Positions 9,795 to 19,891 of a stretch of DNA of 61,530 nucleotides are shown here, piece after piece. Numbering within the stretch: position 1 is the stretch's first letter; each line of letters opens with the position of its first letter. The position numbers were made by a program, and so were the translations under genes. Source of the DNA: an uncultured Bacillota bacterium (GTDB taxonomy: Bacteria > Bacillota > Clostridia > Christensenellales > UBA1242); assembly GCA_949289785.1 (NCBI GenBank), contig CASEOW010000043.1, forward strand, positions 1 to 61,530, read 5' to 3'. The notes beneath the pieces were generated by a model that made no database searches, was not told the origin of the DNA, and saw nothing but the letters and a program-made list of their open reading frames with translations.

Positions 9795-10848
9795 AATCTA
9801 AAATATTTATCAATTTAAAAGATACTCTTTCCTCTTCTTCATTCTTATCCAAAACTTCAACCTCAACCTTTTGGTCAAGTTTTACTATTTCGTAAATATT
9901 TTTATTATTACTTTCAGTAGCATTTTTTATATGCAAAAGACCTGTTGCACCATTTTCTAACTTTACTATTGCACCAAATTGTAATATTTTTATTACAATT
10001 CCTTTATAAATTGCTCCTTTGTGTAATTCTTTTATTGCTATTAGTTTAGGACTTTCTTGTAAAGCTTTAAATGAAAGATTTACTTTTTTATTTTCTCTAT
10101 CTACTTCTATAACTTTAAAATTATATTCTTCCCCTTCTTTCAAAATTTCACTTGGATTTTCTATATGTTTATATGCTAAATTTGAAATATGAATAAAACA
10201 GCTTACTCCACCAACATCAATTATTGAACCATAAGTTAAATTTTTTACAACCTTTCCACGAACAATTTTATTAATAAATATACTATTCCAAAATAATAAC
10301 TCATTTGTCTCTTTAATTTTATCTTCTAAAATTTTAATACTAGCAATTATAGACTTGTTTTCTTTATCTAGTTCTGTTACAATTCCCTCAAATTGCTTCC
10401 CAACACATTTATAAATATCTTTAGTAGAATTCGAAATTTGAGAATATGGAACAAATATATTAAATTCACCCATTTTAGAGTATAAGCCTTCTTTACTTAC
10501 ATCTGAAACAACAAAAGAAAATTTGCTTCCCAACTTTAATTTATTTGCATTTTGAGTAGCTAATATAAGATTATCAGCCCTATCTTTAGAAACTTCAATC
10601 ATTCCTTCTTCATTTCGAGAATTAGTAATGATGACTTTAAATCTATCACCTATTTTAATATTTTCAAAATCATTAACCTCTTCTTTAGGTAAAAATGCAT
10701 CATTTTTTCCACCTATATTAAATATAAATCCATCATCTCTTTTTATCAAAACTACACCATCAAACATTTGACCTTGTTTATAACTTGTAAATGTTTTTTC
10801 TATCATAGCCATATCAAAAATTTCTTTTGTTTTTGAATCTTTTTCCAT
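9793..10848 (-). CDS. rpsA: Ribosomal protein S1-like protein, four S1 domains
   Basis: Repeated G.V......G..V...G...LHIS S1 motifs; downstream of plsC as in Clostridia. Confidence 0.85.
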   Translation of the reverse strand: MEKDSKTKEIFDMAMIEKTFTSYKQGQMFDGVVLIKRDDGFIFNIGGKNDAFLPKEEVNDFENIKIGDRFKVIITNSRNEEGMIEVSKDRADNLILATQNANKLKLGSKFSFVVSDVSKEGLYSKMGEFNIFVPYSQISNSTKDIYKCVGKQFEGIVTELDKENKSIIASIKILEDKIKETNELLFWNSIFINKIVRGKVVKNLTYGSIIDVGGVSCFIHISNLAYKHIENPSEILKEGEEYNFKVIEVDRENKKVNLSFKALQESPKLIAIKELHKGAIYKGIVIKILQFGAIVKLENGATGLLHIKNATESNNKNIYEIVKLDQKVEVEVLDKNEEEERVSFKLINILD

Positions 10849-10875
10849 ATAAACCTCTTGTAAAATTTTATCAAA

Positions 10876-11484
10876 TTACTTTTTTGTTGTCAAAGAATTA
10901 AAAGAATTTTCTCTTAAATCATTCATATTTTGTTCAACAATCTTAGTTGCATCTTTCAAAGTTTCGCCGTCAAGTTTTTTTGAATAATATTCCTCTAATG
11001 TAAAAGGTTTGCCTATAAAAATTTTATTTCTTCTAAATATTTTTGGCTTTTTCATTATAAACATTGGGATTATCTGTACTTTTGCTTTAATTGCAAACAT
11101 ACTTACCCCTTGTTTTACTTCTCCGAGCTCCATATTTTCATTGTTAGTTCTTGTTCCTTCTGGAAATATAACAAGTTTTTTATCATTTTTTAAAACTTGT
11201 AAACATTTTTTAATAGCTCCTACATCCGAAGATTGTCTATCAATTTTAATTGCTCCAATTTTTTTTATAAACCAACCAAACAATCGATTTTTAAACAACT
11301 CTTTTTTTGCAAGATAATATTTTTTTTCCCAAGTATTTAAAGCAAAAACAACAGCATCTAAATTTGATGTATGATTACTAGCTATAATACATTTACCTTT
11401 TGGCAAATTTTCTTTACCTATAATTTTAGTAGGATAAAAAATTTTAAAAGGTATAGTTAAAAGAAATTGTAAAAAATGTAACAT
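10876..11484 (-). CDS. plsC: 1-acyl-sn-glycerol-3-phosphate acyltransferase
   Basis: NHTSNLD, AKKELF, IFPEGTR. Confidence 0.95.
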   Translation of the reverse strand: MLHFLQFLLTIPFKIFYPTKIIGKENLPKGKCIIASNHTSNLDAVVFALNTWEKKYYLAKKELFKNRLFGWFIKKIGAIKIDRQSSDVGAIKKCLQVLKNDKKLVIFPEGTRTNNENMELGEVKQGVSMFAIKAKVQIIPMFIMKKPKIFRRNKIFIGKPFTLEEYYSKKLDGETLKDATKIVEQNMNDLRENSFNSLTTKK

Positions 11485-11510
11485 ATTTTCTCCTTGTAGA
11501 TTATATATTC

Positions 11511-12713
11511 TTATTCAATATTACTGGCACAAGCAAATGCTGTAGAAAATGCTGTTTGCAAGTTATATCCACCGGTTAAACAATCAACATCAAGACTTTC
11601 GCCTATTACGTATAGTCCTTTAATATTTTTGCATTCCATAGTCTTTGGATTTATCTCTTTCAGGTCGACACCTCCTCCTGTAACTATCCCACAATCTATA
11701 GGATAAAGACCATCGTATGAAAGTTTAAAATCTTTTAAAGTTTTAATTATTTTATTACGCATTTCCTTTGTAATCATATTCACTTTAAGTTGACTATTTA
11801 TATTAATTGTTTCAAGAAATATATTAGACAGCCTTTTAGGCAATAACCCATACATAATTGATATAATATTTTTATTTTTGTTTTGTTCAAAATCTCTAAG
11901 TAATCTTTTTTCTAGTGTTTGAAAATCTAAAGTAGGTTTAAAATCTATAGATAGTTCTACATTTCTACTATTATGAATATAACTTGAAAGTGACAAAGCT
12001 ATAGGTCCACTAATAGCATCATTTGTAAAAAGCATTTCACCGAAAAAACTTAATTTTTTATTATCTACGACCGCATTTAAACTCACATTTTTTAAAGATA
12101 AACCACAAAGTTGCTGACAAAAACTATTTTTAATTTTAATAGGAACAAGCGCTGGATAAGGAGTATTAACTTTTATATTTAATAATTTGCAAAATTTATA
12201 TCCATCACCTGTAGAACCAGTTTGAGAATAACTTTTTCCTCCACAAGCCAAAATGATTTTGTCAAATACATATATATTTTTGTTTGTTTTAATTTTAAAT
12301 TTATTATCTAAATTTTCAATAAATTCTACATTTTCGTTTAAATGAATATCACATTTAGAGCAACATTTTTCAATAGTTTTAGTAACATCACTTGCTTTGT
12401 CGCTTTCTGGAAAAACTCTTCTCCCTCTTTCAGTTTTAAGTTTAAGCCCATTGTTTTCAAAAAATTCAATAGTATCTTTAGGAGTAAACTGATTAATAGC
12501 ACTTTGCATAAATTTAGAACCATTTACAACATTTTGTAAATACTCATTTGTATCGCAATTATTGGTTAAATTACATCTCCCCTTTCCAGTAATGTAAATC
12601 TTCTTTCCGCATTTTTCATTCTTTTCAAAAATTACTACTTCTTTTCCTCTATTTGACAAAATGGCGCCAGCCATAAGTCCGCTCGCACCGCCACCAACAA
12701 TTGCTATTTTCAA
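11511..12713 (-). CDS. HI0933/YhiN family flavoprotein
   Basis: GGGASGL, GKKIYITGKGRCNLTN, TGSTGDGY, TGGYNLQ. Confidence 0.95.
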   Translation of the reverse strand: MKIAIVGGGASGLMAGAILSNRGKEVVIFEKNEKCGKKIYITGKGRCNLTNNCDTNEYLQNVVNGSKFMQSAINQFTPKDTIEFFENNGLKLKTERGRRVFPESDKASDVTKTIEKCCSKCDIHLNENVEFIENLDNKFKIKTNKNIYVFDKIILACGGKSYSQTGSTGDGYKFCKLLNIKVNTPYPALVPIKIKNSFCQQLCGLSLKNVSLNAVVDNKKLSFFGEMLFTNDAISGPIALSLSSYIHNSRNVELSIDFKPTLDFQTLEKRLLRDFEQNKNKNIISIMYGLLPKRLSNIFLETININSQLKVNMITKEMRNKIIKTLKDFKLSYDGLYPIDCGIVTGGGVDLKEINPKTMECKNIKGLYVIGESLDVDCLTGGYNLQTAFSTAFACASNIE

Positions 12714-13417
12714 TTTTGCCTCGCTAAAAGATTAAGTTCTTCTTCAGTTAAATCTTTCCATTGACCTCTACTTAAACCACCAAGTTTAACAAGTCCTATT
12801 CTTATTCTTTTTAAAAGTTTAATATCTCTACCAATACCTTCAAACATTCTTCTTATTTGTCTATTTTGTCCTTCATCTATAACGACAGAAAGTTTAGTAA
12901 TATTATTTTCAAAAGATATAAATTTAACTTTGCATTTAGGTAGTCTTTGTCCATCAACAACAACTCCGTTCCTAAGAACTGCAAGTTCGCTTTCTTTCAT
13001 TTCGCCTTCAACAGAAACTCTGTATTCTTTTTCTAAGTGAAATTTAGGATGAGCTATTTTATTTGCAAAATCTCCGTCATTAGTGAGAAGGATTAATCCT
13101 TCTGTATCATAGTCAAGCCTTCCTATAGAAAATAATCTTTCTTCACAGTCTATAAGTTGATAAATAGTTTTTCTACCTTTTTCATCACTTCTTGTGCAAG
13201 CATAACCTTTAGGTTTATTAAGTTTGATATAAACAAAAGAAGAAGGTAAACTCAATAAATTTCCATCTAAATTTACCTTATCTTTTTTTTCATTTATATC
13301 AATACCAAGTGAAGTAACAAGTTTTCCATTAACTAAAATTCTTCCTTCTTTTATAATATTATCACATTTTCTTCTTGAAGCAACTCCGCACATTGCTAAA
13401 TATTTATTTAATCTCAT
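12710..13417 (-). CDS. rluB: 23S rRNA pseudouridine synthase (RsuA/RluB family)
   Basis: S4 domain RLNKYLA.CGVASRR, GRLDYDTEGL, EGQNRQIRRM. Confidence 0.9.
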   Translation of the reverse strand: MRLNKYLAMCGVASRRKCDNIIKEGRILVNGKLVTSLGIDINEKKDKVNLDGNLLSLPSSFVYIKLNKPKGYACTRSDEKGRKTIYQLIDCEERLFSIGRLDYDTEGLILLTNDGDFANKIAHPKFHLEKEYRVSVEGEMKESELAVLRNGVVVDGQRLPKCKVKFISFENNITKLSVVIDEGQNRQIRRMFEGIGRDIKLLKRIRIGLVKLGGLSRGQWKDLTEEELNLLARQN

Positions 13418-13418
13418 A

Positions 13419-14588
13419 TTACCAATTTTCTATCAAGTCTTTAAGTTTTTCCCAGATAGAATTTCTCCTTACTTCTTCCATTGTATAGATTTTTTCAGAA
13501 AAAAGCAAGTTATTATCAATAAAAATTTTAACATTTCCAATTTCATAATCTTTTGTTATCGGAGCTTCTAACACATCTTGAATTTTATATTCAATTTTTA
13601 TATTTTTAATTTCATCATTTTTTAAAGGATAAAAGAATTTTTCTTTAGTTCCAATTTCTACATAGTCACTTTGACCTTCTAAAACTTTAATTTTTTTGTT
13701 GAAATTGTAAAAACATGTTAGGTCAACTAGACTATATTCATTAAAAGCTTTTTCCATAAGTTTTGCACTTTCTTCAAACATAGGCTGACAATTTAAGACT
13801 ACACTAACAACATTCATACCATTTCTATTGCAACTTGTAACTAAACACCTTCCAGCATCATCAGTAAAACCAGTTTTAACTCCGTTACAACCATCTAAAG
13901 AAAACAGAAGTTTATTTTTATTTTTAAGATATCTAGTATAACCATCTCCATTTGTAATTTTAATGTTTTTAGTAGATACAATTTCTTGAAATGTCGGATT
14001 TTCCAAAGCATAACTAGTAATTAAAGCTAAATCATAAGCAGTTGTATAATGGGTAGAACTATCTAACCCATGAGTATTGTCAAAGTGCGTATTTTTAGCA
14101 CCTATTTCTAAAGCAAGCTCATTCATCATTTCAACAAAGTTATCTACTCCGTCGCCAACATATTCTCCAATAGCAACTGACGCATCATTTCCTGAAATTA
14201 ACATTAATCCGTAAAGTAAATCTCTAGTTGAAAATACTTCACCCTTTTTTAAATATAAACTTGTTCCACTAATTCCTACAGCTTTTGGCGAGATTGTAAA
14301 TTCTTTATCAAGGTCTTTACAATACTCTATTGCAGTAATAGCAGTCATTATTTTTGTAGTGCTAGCCATAGCTAATTTCTGATTTTCATTTTTACTATAA
14401 AGGACACGTTTAGATTTTGTTTCCATTGTGCACATTGCTTTTCCAGGAATTTCAATATATTCAGCATGAGTTGATTTAACAAACAATATTTTTAAACCAC
14501 TACCAAGAAAAGCGAAAATAAAAATAAAAACAAAAATGATACAAATTAAATTTATCAATTTAGTTTTCTTCATTTTCATTCTCCTCAT
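13419..14588 (-). CDS. dacB: D-alanyl-D-alanine carboxypeptidase (S11, DacB/PBP5*-like)
   Basis: ASTTK, SGND and KTG motifs; signal anchor; lies between ytfJ and rluB; start may be a later Met. Confidence 0.85.
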   Translation of the reverse strand: MRRMKMKKTKLINLICIIFVFIFIFAFLGSGLKILFVKSTHAEYIEIPGKAMCTMETKSKRVLYSKNENQKLAMASTTKIMTAITAIEYCKDLDKEFTISPKAVGISGTSLYLKKGEVFSTRDLLYGLMLISGNDASVAIGEYVGDGVDNFVEMMNELALEIGAKNTHFDNTHGLDSSTHYTTAYDLALITSYALENPTFQEIVSTKNIKITNGDGYTRYLKNKNKLLFSLDGCNGVKTGFTDDAGRCLVTSCNRNGMNVVSVVLNCQPMFEESAKLMEKAFNEYSLVDLTCFYNFNKKIKVLEGQSDYVEIGTKEKFFYPLKNDEIKNIKIEYKIQDVLEAPITKDYEIGNVKIFIDNNLLFSEKIYTMEEVRRNSIWEKLKDLIENW

Positions 14589-14979
14589 CTTCCTGTATTT
14601 TATTTATTAGAACATTAAATAAATTTAAAACTGTTTGATAGAGAGATTTATTTTCAACATTAATAAATTTTATTTCTCCTTTACTTTCAACCAAAAATCC
14701 TACAGGCGTAACACTCATCCCACCACTTGAACCACCTGCCATAGGGAAATGATTAGCTACACGCCTTGCAGATAAATCAGCATATTCTCCTCCGCCAACA
14801 ACATATCCTACACTAACTCTAGAAATAGGAATAATTATTGTTCCGTCTTCTGTAACTACCTTATCACCAATAACAGTACTTGAATCTACAATAGTTTTTA
14901 TTTTTTCCATTGCACCTTCAATTAAGTTGTAAATAGAATCTTCTCCACTATAAAATTTCATAATAACTCCTTTTAACAA
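14560..14979 (-). CDS. ytfJ: Sporulation protein YtfJ/GerW
   Basis: VD..TVIG, IIPISRVSVG...GG.E, GG.GG...TPVGFLV. Confidence 0.9.
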   Translation of the reverse strand: MLKGVIMKFYSGEDSIYNLIEGAMEKIKTIVDSSTVIGDKVVTEDGTIIIPISRVSVGYVVGGGEYADLSARRVANHFPMAGGSSGGMSVTPVGFLVESKGEIKFINVENKSLYQTVLNLFNVLINKIQEDEENENEEN

Positions 14980-14990
14980 TATCTAATTTT

Positions 14991-15575
14991 TTACAAATTA
15001 GATTGTGATTTAGCTAATTTTTTGTCTTTTAATTTTTCTTTTTTCCTAGTTAGAATAACCGAACAAAGTAAAGAATATACAATATCAAATAAAGAAATTG
15101 AAATATGCATAATAAAATTTGTTTGTAAAATAAAACGATTGTAAGAAATAGTATCATTTAATTCTAATGTAGCTGTTGGAGTTTGGCTTTTAATTTTAGC
15201 AAAAAAAATAGTTAAGAAAAAATTTATAATTCCACAAAAATAACAAGTAGCAAAAGCGTCATCAAGTCCAAAATTGTAATAAACAGACATTTTTCGAAGT
15301 TTAGTTTTGCCTTTTATTTGATCTGTAAGAGTTTCTAAAAAGATAACTTCCTTGCCATTAAATTCTATTTCTTGAGTTTGAACCTTATTTTCACTTCTTG
15401 CAATTATTTTTTTATTTTTTATCCAAATTAACCTGTGAAGTATCTTAAATTTAAATAAAAAAATCCCTACAGCTCCTGAAAAGTTTTGAAAATTGAACCC
15501 AAATCTAACTTCTAAATGAATTGGAATAAACATTAAAAATATGATAACTAACGGAATTAATAAGTAATAATTCAT
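14991..15575 (-). CDS. DUF2953/YtfI-like protein
   Basis: N-terminal TM, FGLDDAFAT...G motif, directly upstream of ytfJ. Confidence 0.7.
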   Translation of the reverse strand: MNYYLLIPLVIIFLMFIPIHLEVRFGFNFQNFSGAVGIFLFKFKILHRLIWIKNKKIIARSENKVQTQEIEFNGKEVIFLETLTDQIKGKTKLRKMSVYYNFGLDDAFATCYFCGIINFFLTIFFAKIKSQTPTATLELNDTISYNRFILQTNFIMHISISLFDIVYSLLCSVILTRKKEKLKDKKLAKSQSNL

Positions 15576-15601
15576 AATTTCTCCTTAATCTAAAATTATT
15601 A

Positions 15602-16360
15602 TTACAAAACCTTATTTAGTGCTTCTGCTATTATAAAACCAACTCTTTGAATATGCTCTTTTATATCTTTTGGAGCTAAAATTAAATCATTTGGAGAAAT
15701 AGGATTTAAATCATTTGCAAAAATCATAAAAGGAACGCCAATGCTTAAACATGGCACCCTAAGAGAATTCTTTTCAATTTTTTTACCAAAACGATTTACA
15801 GCACTCCCCGGAGTTATACCTGTAGTTGTAATTTGAAAAGATGTTCCTAGTCTTGAGATATCTTTTGTTGCTAAGCTATCTATCACAAATACATAATTTA
15901 TATTAATTTTATCAACAAACGCTTTTACCATATCAAGAGTTTCAATACCTGTTGAAAAATATATATTAGGACAAAATTTAAAAATATAATTATCATTTGA
16001 AAAAGCATTTATTTTTACATTATCAAAAACTTCTTTACCAAGTCTATCACACATAATATCCGGATTTCCTAAACCTACAATTAATACTTTGGATTTTTCT
16101 TTTATTTTCATTTTTTTTAATAAAGTTTTAATAGCAAAACTCAACTTTTCAATTATTTTAAAATCTATTTGATAATCATAACTATAAATGTCAGGACAAT
16201 TCAAAATAAAATAATCACCTTTTGCCATTTCTAAACTTTTTTCTTTTTCATTACTATCTACAGATAAAAAACCATAAGACAAATTGAAGGTTTTATCTTT
16301 TTTTATTTTATATCCAAAATTTTCTAGGTCTTTTCCACATTCATCTATCAAATCAAACAT
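15602..16360 (-). CDS. gpr: Germination protease GPR, short form
   Basis: LIVGLGN....D.LG, TGIET, VIDSLA, GITPGS, IGVP, PKDI; divergent from rpsT as in spore formers. Confidence 0.88.
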   Translation of the reverse strand: MFDLIDECGKDLENFGYKIKKDKTFNLSYGFLSVDSNEKEKSLEMAKGDYFILNCPDIYSYDYQIDFKIIEKLSFAIKTLLKKMKIKEKSKVLIVGLGNPDIMCDRLGKEVFDNVKINAFSNDNYIFKFCPNIYFSTGIETLDMVKAFVDKININYVFVIDSLATKDISRLGTSFQITTTGITPGSAVNRFGKKIEKNSLRVPCLSIGVPFMIFANDLNPISPNDLILAPKDIKEHIQRVGFIIAEALNKVL

Positions 16361-16401
16361 AAACTTATTTTAAACAAAATTGAAAAAAATATTTATTTTA
16401 C

Positions 16402-16430
16402 TTGATTTTCTCATTTTGTTATGCTATACT
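16402..16430 (+). promoter_or_regulatory. sigmaA promoter of rpsT
   Basis: TTGATT-17-TATACT with an extended TG. Confidence 0.7.
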
Positions 16431-16459
16431 CTAGTAGAATTTTATTAAGGAGAAAGAAA

Positions 16460-16729
16460 ATGCCAAATATTAAATCAGCAGAAAAAAGAGTTAAAATAAT
16501 TGAGAAAAAAACACTTGAAAACAAAGCAGTTAAATCTAAAGTGCGCACTTTTATTAAAAAATTCAAAACAAGTGTAGCTGAAGGCAACCTTGAAAACGCA
16601 CAAAAAGATTATATTGAAGTTGTATCTGTAATGGATAAAGCTGTAAGTGATGGTGTTATTCATAAAAATAGTGCAAATAGAAAAAAAGCTCGCTTTGCTA
16701 AAATGCTTGATACTCTTAAAGCAAACTAA
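16460..16729 (+). CDS. rpsT: 30S ribosomal protein S20
   Basis: MPNIKSAEKR, DKA...GVIHKN.A.RKK; start moved to the ATG after AAGGAG. Confidence 0.98.
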   Translation: MPNIKSAEKRVKIIEKKTLENKAVKSKVRTFIKKFKTSVAEGNLENAQKDYIEVVSVMDKAVSDGVIHKNSANRKKARFAKMLDTLKAN

Positions 16730-16760
16730 AAAAATCTCACACAATTTGTGAGATTTTTTT
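16728..16760 (+). terminator. rpsT terminator
   Basis: aaaatctcaca/tgtgagatttt hairpin plus T-run. Confidence 0.85.
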
Positions 16761-16796
16761 GTTTATGCTATTTAATTAAACATTTTGATTTTGACT

Positions 16797-16831
16797 AAAA
16801 AAAATCATAACAAAAATTGTTATGATTTTTT
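16797..16831 (-). terminator. hpf terminator
   Basis: aaaatcataacaa/ttgttatgatttt hairpin. Confidence 0.8.
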
Positions 16832-16841
16832 AGTTATATAA

Positions 16842-17378
16842 TTAATATACAAGGTCAATTAAGCCATATTTACCATCTTTTCTTCTATATAAAATATTAA
16901 TTTTGCCTGTTTCTGCATTTAAGAATACATAGAAATCATGACCAAGTCTTTCTATAGCAAATCTTGCATCGTCTACAAGCATAGGGTCAAGGTCAAATGT
17001 TTTTCTTTTATAGATAGAAGGCAATTCTTCAGGTTCATCTTCAATAAATTCAAATGGCAAGAAGTTCTCTTGTTTAGAACCTTTTGCTTTTATTTCCTTG
17101 CGCTTTTCACTATTTCTTACAATTTGTTTTTCAAGTTTTGGAAGCGCAATATCAATGTTATTATACATATTATCACTTGATACTTCACTTCTATAAAGAA
17201 GTCCCTTACTTGTAATAGTAATTTCAAGTTTTTCAAGTTTTGCTTCCTTAGTGCAAACAATTTTTACATTAACATCATTATCAAAATATTTTTCAAGTTT
17301 TTCAAGTTTTTCTCTTAAAATTCTATCTAATCTTTGACTTACTGTATAACCATTTCTTTCTAAAATGTCTATTTTCAT
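16842..17378 (-). CDS. hpf: Ribosome hibernation factor, long HPF
   Basis: KLEKYF, MY..ID....KLEKQI, LGHDFYVF.NAETG...LYRRKDG.YGLI. Confidence 0.95.
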   Translation of the reverse strand: MKIDILERNGYTVSQRLDRILREKLEKLEKYFDNDVNVKIVCTKEAKLEKLEITITSKGLLYRSEVSSDNMYNNIDIALPKLEKQIVRNSEKRKEIKAKGSKQENFLPFEFIEDEPEELPSIYKRKTFDLDPMLVDDARFAIERLGHDFYVFLNAETGKINILYRRKDGKYGLIDLVY

Positions 17379-17433
17379 ACTTTTCTCCTCCTAGTATTAT
17401 TCTATCAAATATTTTTTAAATTAGCAAATAAAT

Positions 17434-19887
17434 TTAATCATTAACAAATGTTAATTGACCATTTTCTGCATCTATGACAATTTCACCTTCATTTTTAAGA
17501 ATTCCAAGCAAAATCTTTTCTGCAATTTGGTCTTCCACTTCTTGTTGTATGAATCTTTTTAAAGGTCTAGCTCCATATTCAGTATTAGCGCCTTTGCTAA
17601 CAATTAATTCAAGTGCATCTTCAGTTATTTTTAAAGAAAGATTTTTTTCTTTCAATCTTTTATTTATATTTGATATTAAAATTTTTGCAATTTTAACAAG
17701 GTCTTCTTGAGAGAGTGGTTCAAATATGCAAATAACATCAATTCTATTTATAAATTCAGGTTTAAATTTATTCTTTAATGCTTCCATATAAATTTTTTTG
17801 CTGTCAACTTGTTCTTCTTCATCATCGCCACCAAAGCCTAATTGTTTTCTATGTTCTTTAACTTCTCTTGCGCCTAAGTTGCTAGTCATAATAATTATTG
17901 TATTTTTAAATGAAACTGTTCTTCCTTGTCCATCAGTAAGTCTTCCATCATCAAGAATTTGTAAAAGTGCATTAAAAATATCAGGATGAGCTTTTTCAAT
18001 TTCATCAAATAAAACTACTGAATAAGGATGTCTTCTTACTTGTTCAGTAAGTTGTCCCCCTTCTTCAAAGCCTACATATCCTGGAGGAGAGCCAATTAAT
18101 TTAGAAACGCTATGAGCCTCCATATATTCACTCATATCAATTCTTACAATATTGTTTTCATCGTCAAACATTGCTTCTGCAATAGCTTTACAAAGTTCAG
18201 TCTTACCAACACCTGTTTGCCCCATAAATAAGAATGAGCCTATAGGTCTTTTACTATCTTGAAGTCCTACCCTTGACCTACGAATAGCTTTACTTACTGC
18301 CTCTACTGCTTCATTTTGACCAACAACTCTTTTATGCAATATATCTTCCAAATGAATAAGACGATCTTTTTCACTTTCAGTTATTTTTGTAACAGGAATA
18401 CCAGTCCATTTAGCAACAACTTCAGCAATTTCATTTGCACCGATAGAATTTGTTGTTGATTTTTCCTTTTTAACATCAAACTTTTCTTCCTTTTTCTTAA
18501 GGTCATTTTCTAGATTTATTATTTCAGATTGAAGTTTTGCAGCTTTTTCATAATTTCTTTGTAAACTCGCCTCATCTCTTGAAGCTGAAAGTGATTTTAT
18601 TTTATCTTCAATTTGTCTAATTTCTTGAGGTTTTAAAGTATAATTTACTTTAGCTTTACTGCTTGCTTCATCAATAAGGTCTATTGCTTTATCAGGCAAA
18701 CTTCTATCTGATATATATCTATCAGATAAAACAGCAGCAGCTTCAATTGCTTCATCAGTTATTGTAATTTTGTGGAAAGCTTCGTAGCTATCTTTTAAAC
18801 CTTTTAAAATTTGAATAGTTTGTTCAACAGAAGGAGGACTTACCATAATTGGTTGAAATCTTCTTTCAAGTGCTTTATCTTTTTCTATAAATTTTCTATA
18901 TTCGTCTGTAGTTGTAGCTCCAATTGTTTGCATTTCACCTCTAGCAAGATATGGTTTTAACATATCAGCAGGAGAAGTCTCTCCCTTTTCAGAGCCTGCT
19001 TGTGCTAAAGTATGAATTTCATCTATAAAAACAATTATATTTTTGCTAGAAATTATAGTTTCAATAGCATCTTTTAATTTTTCTTCCATTGCTCCACGAT
19101 ACTTAGTTCCAGCCATTAATCCACCGATTTCAAGAGAATAAATTACTTTATCTTTCAAAATTTCTGGAACATCTCCAGCAACTATTGCTTGAGCAAGTCC
19201 TTCGACAACTGCAGTCTTACCAACCCCTGCTTCTCCTATTAAAACAGGGTTATTTTTAGTTTTTCTACATAATATTTCAACTAATCTTTGTATCTCTTCT
19301 TCTCGACCAATTACTGGGTCAAGTTTGTGCTCTTTTGCTTTTAAAGTTATATCGGTTCCCATATCTAGCAATTTTTCAGGAAGAGTGCTTCCTTGTTGTT
19401 TATTTGAATTTTCTTTAGTTCCGTCTTCACTATTTTGATTGCCTGACATTAATGCTTTGTTAACTTTATTTTTTAAAGCTTCTACATCTACACCATATTG
19501 TCCAACTAAAATTCTATATGCAACACTTCCGGTGCTAGAGAGCAATGCTAACAACAAATGTTCAGTTCCGATAAAAGAATGATTCATTTGAATAGCAATA
19601 GTCTGCGCAGTTCTAAATAAATCTTTAGTTCTAGGTGTCATTTCAACTTCATTAGTAAAAAGAATACTGCTATCACTAATATTATCTTCAAAAAATTCAA
19701 ACAAACTAGGTTCTGTAACTCCAACTTCAGCTAAAAATTGACTTGCAAGACAATCTTTTACGCTTACAAGACCATACAAAATATGTTCACTTCCAATCAA
19801 ATTTGAGCCAAATCTTAAAGCAAACTTACTAGCATTTTTTATAACTTTTTGTATATTATCTGAATAAGATGATGATTGATAGTTCAT
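17434..19887 (-). CDS. clpC: ATP-dependent Clp protease ATPase subunit
   Basis: Two Clp-N repeats, [18 protein letters not shown]-like M domain, GQTGVGKT, downstream of mcsB. Confidence 0.96.
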   Translation of the reverse strand: MNYQSSSYSDNIQKVIKNASKFALRFGSNLIGSEHILYGLVSVKDCLASQFLAEVGVTEPSLFEFFEDNISDSSILFTNEVEMTPRTKDLFRTAQTIAIQMNHSFIGTEHLLLALLSSTGSVAYRILVGQYGVDVEALKNKVNKALMSGNQNSEDGTKENSNKQQGSTLPEKLLDMGTDITLKAKEHKLDPVIGREEEIQRLVEILCRKTKNNPVLIGEAGVGKTAVVEGLAQAIVAGDVPEILKDKVIYSLEIGGLMAGTKYRGAMEEKLKDAIETIISSKNIIVFIDEIHTLAQAGSEKGETSPADMLKPYLARGEMQTIGATTTDEYRKFIEKDKALERRFQPIMVSPPSVEQTIQILKGLKDSYEAFHKITITDEAIEAAAVLSDRYISDRSLPDKAIDLIDEASSKAKVNYTLKPQEIRQIEDKIKSLSASRDEASLQRNYEKAAKLQSEIINLENDLKKKEEKFDVKKEKSTTNSIGANEIAEVVAKWTGIPVTKITESEKDRLIHLEDILHKRVVGQNEAVEAVSKAIRRSRVGLQDSKRPIGSFLFMGQTGVGKTELCKAIAEAMFDDENNIVRIDMSEYMEAHSVSKLIGSPPGYVGFEEGGQLTEQVRRHPYSVVLFDEIEKAHPDIFNALLQILDDGRLTDGQGRTVSFKNTIIIMTSNLGAREVKEHRKQLGFGGDDEEEQVDSKKIYMEALKNKFKPEFINRIDVICIFEPLSQEDLVKIAKILISNINKRLKEKNLSLKITEDALELIVSKGANTEYGARPLKRFIQQEVEDQIAEKILLGILKNEGEIVIDAENGQLTFVND

Positions 19888-19891
19888 AATT

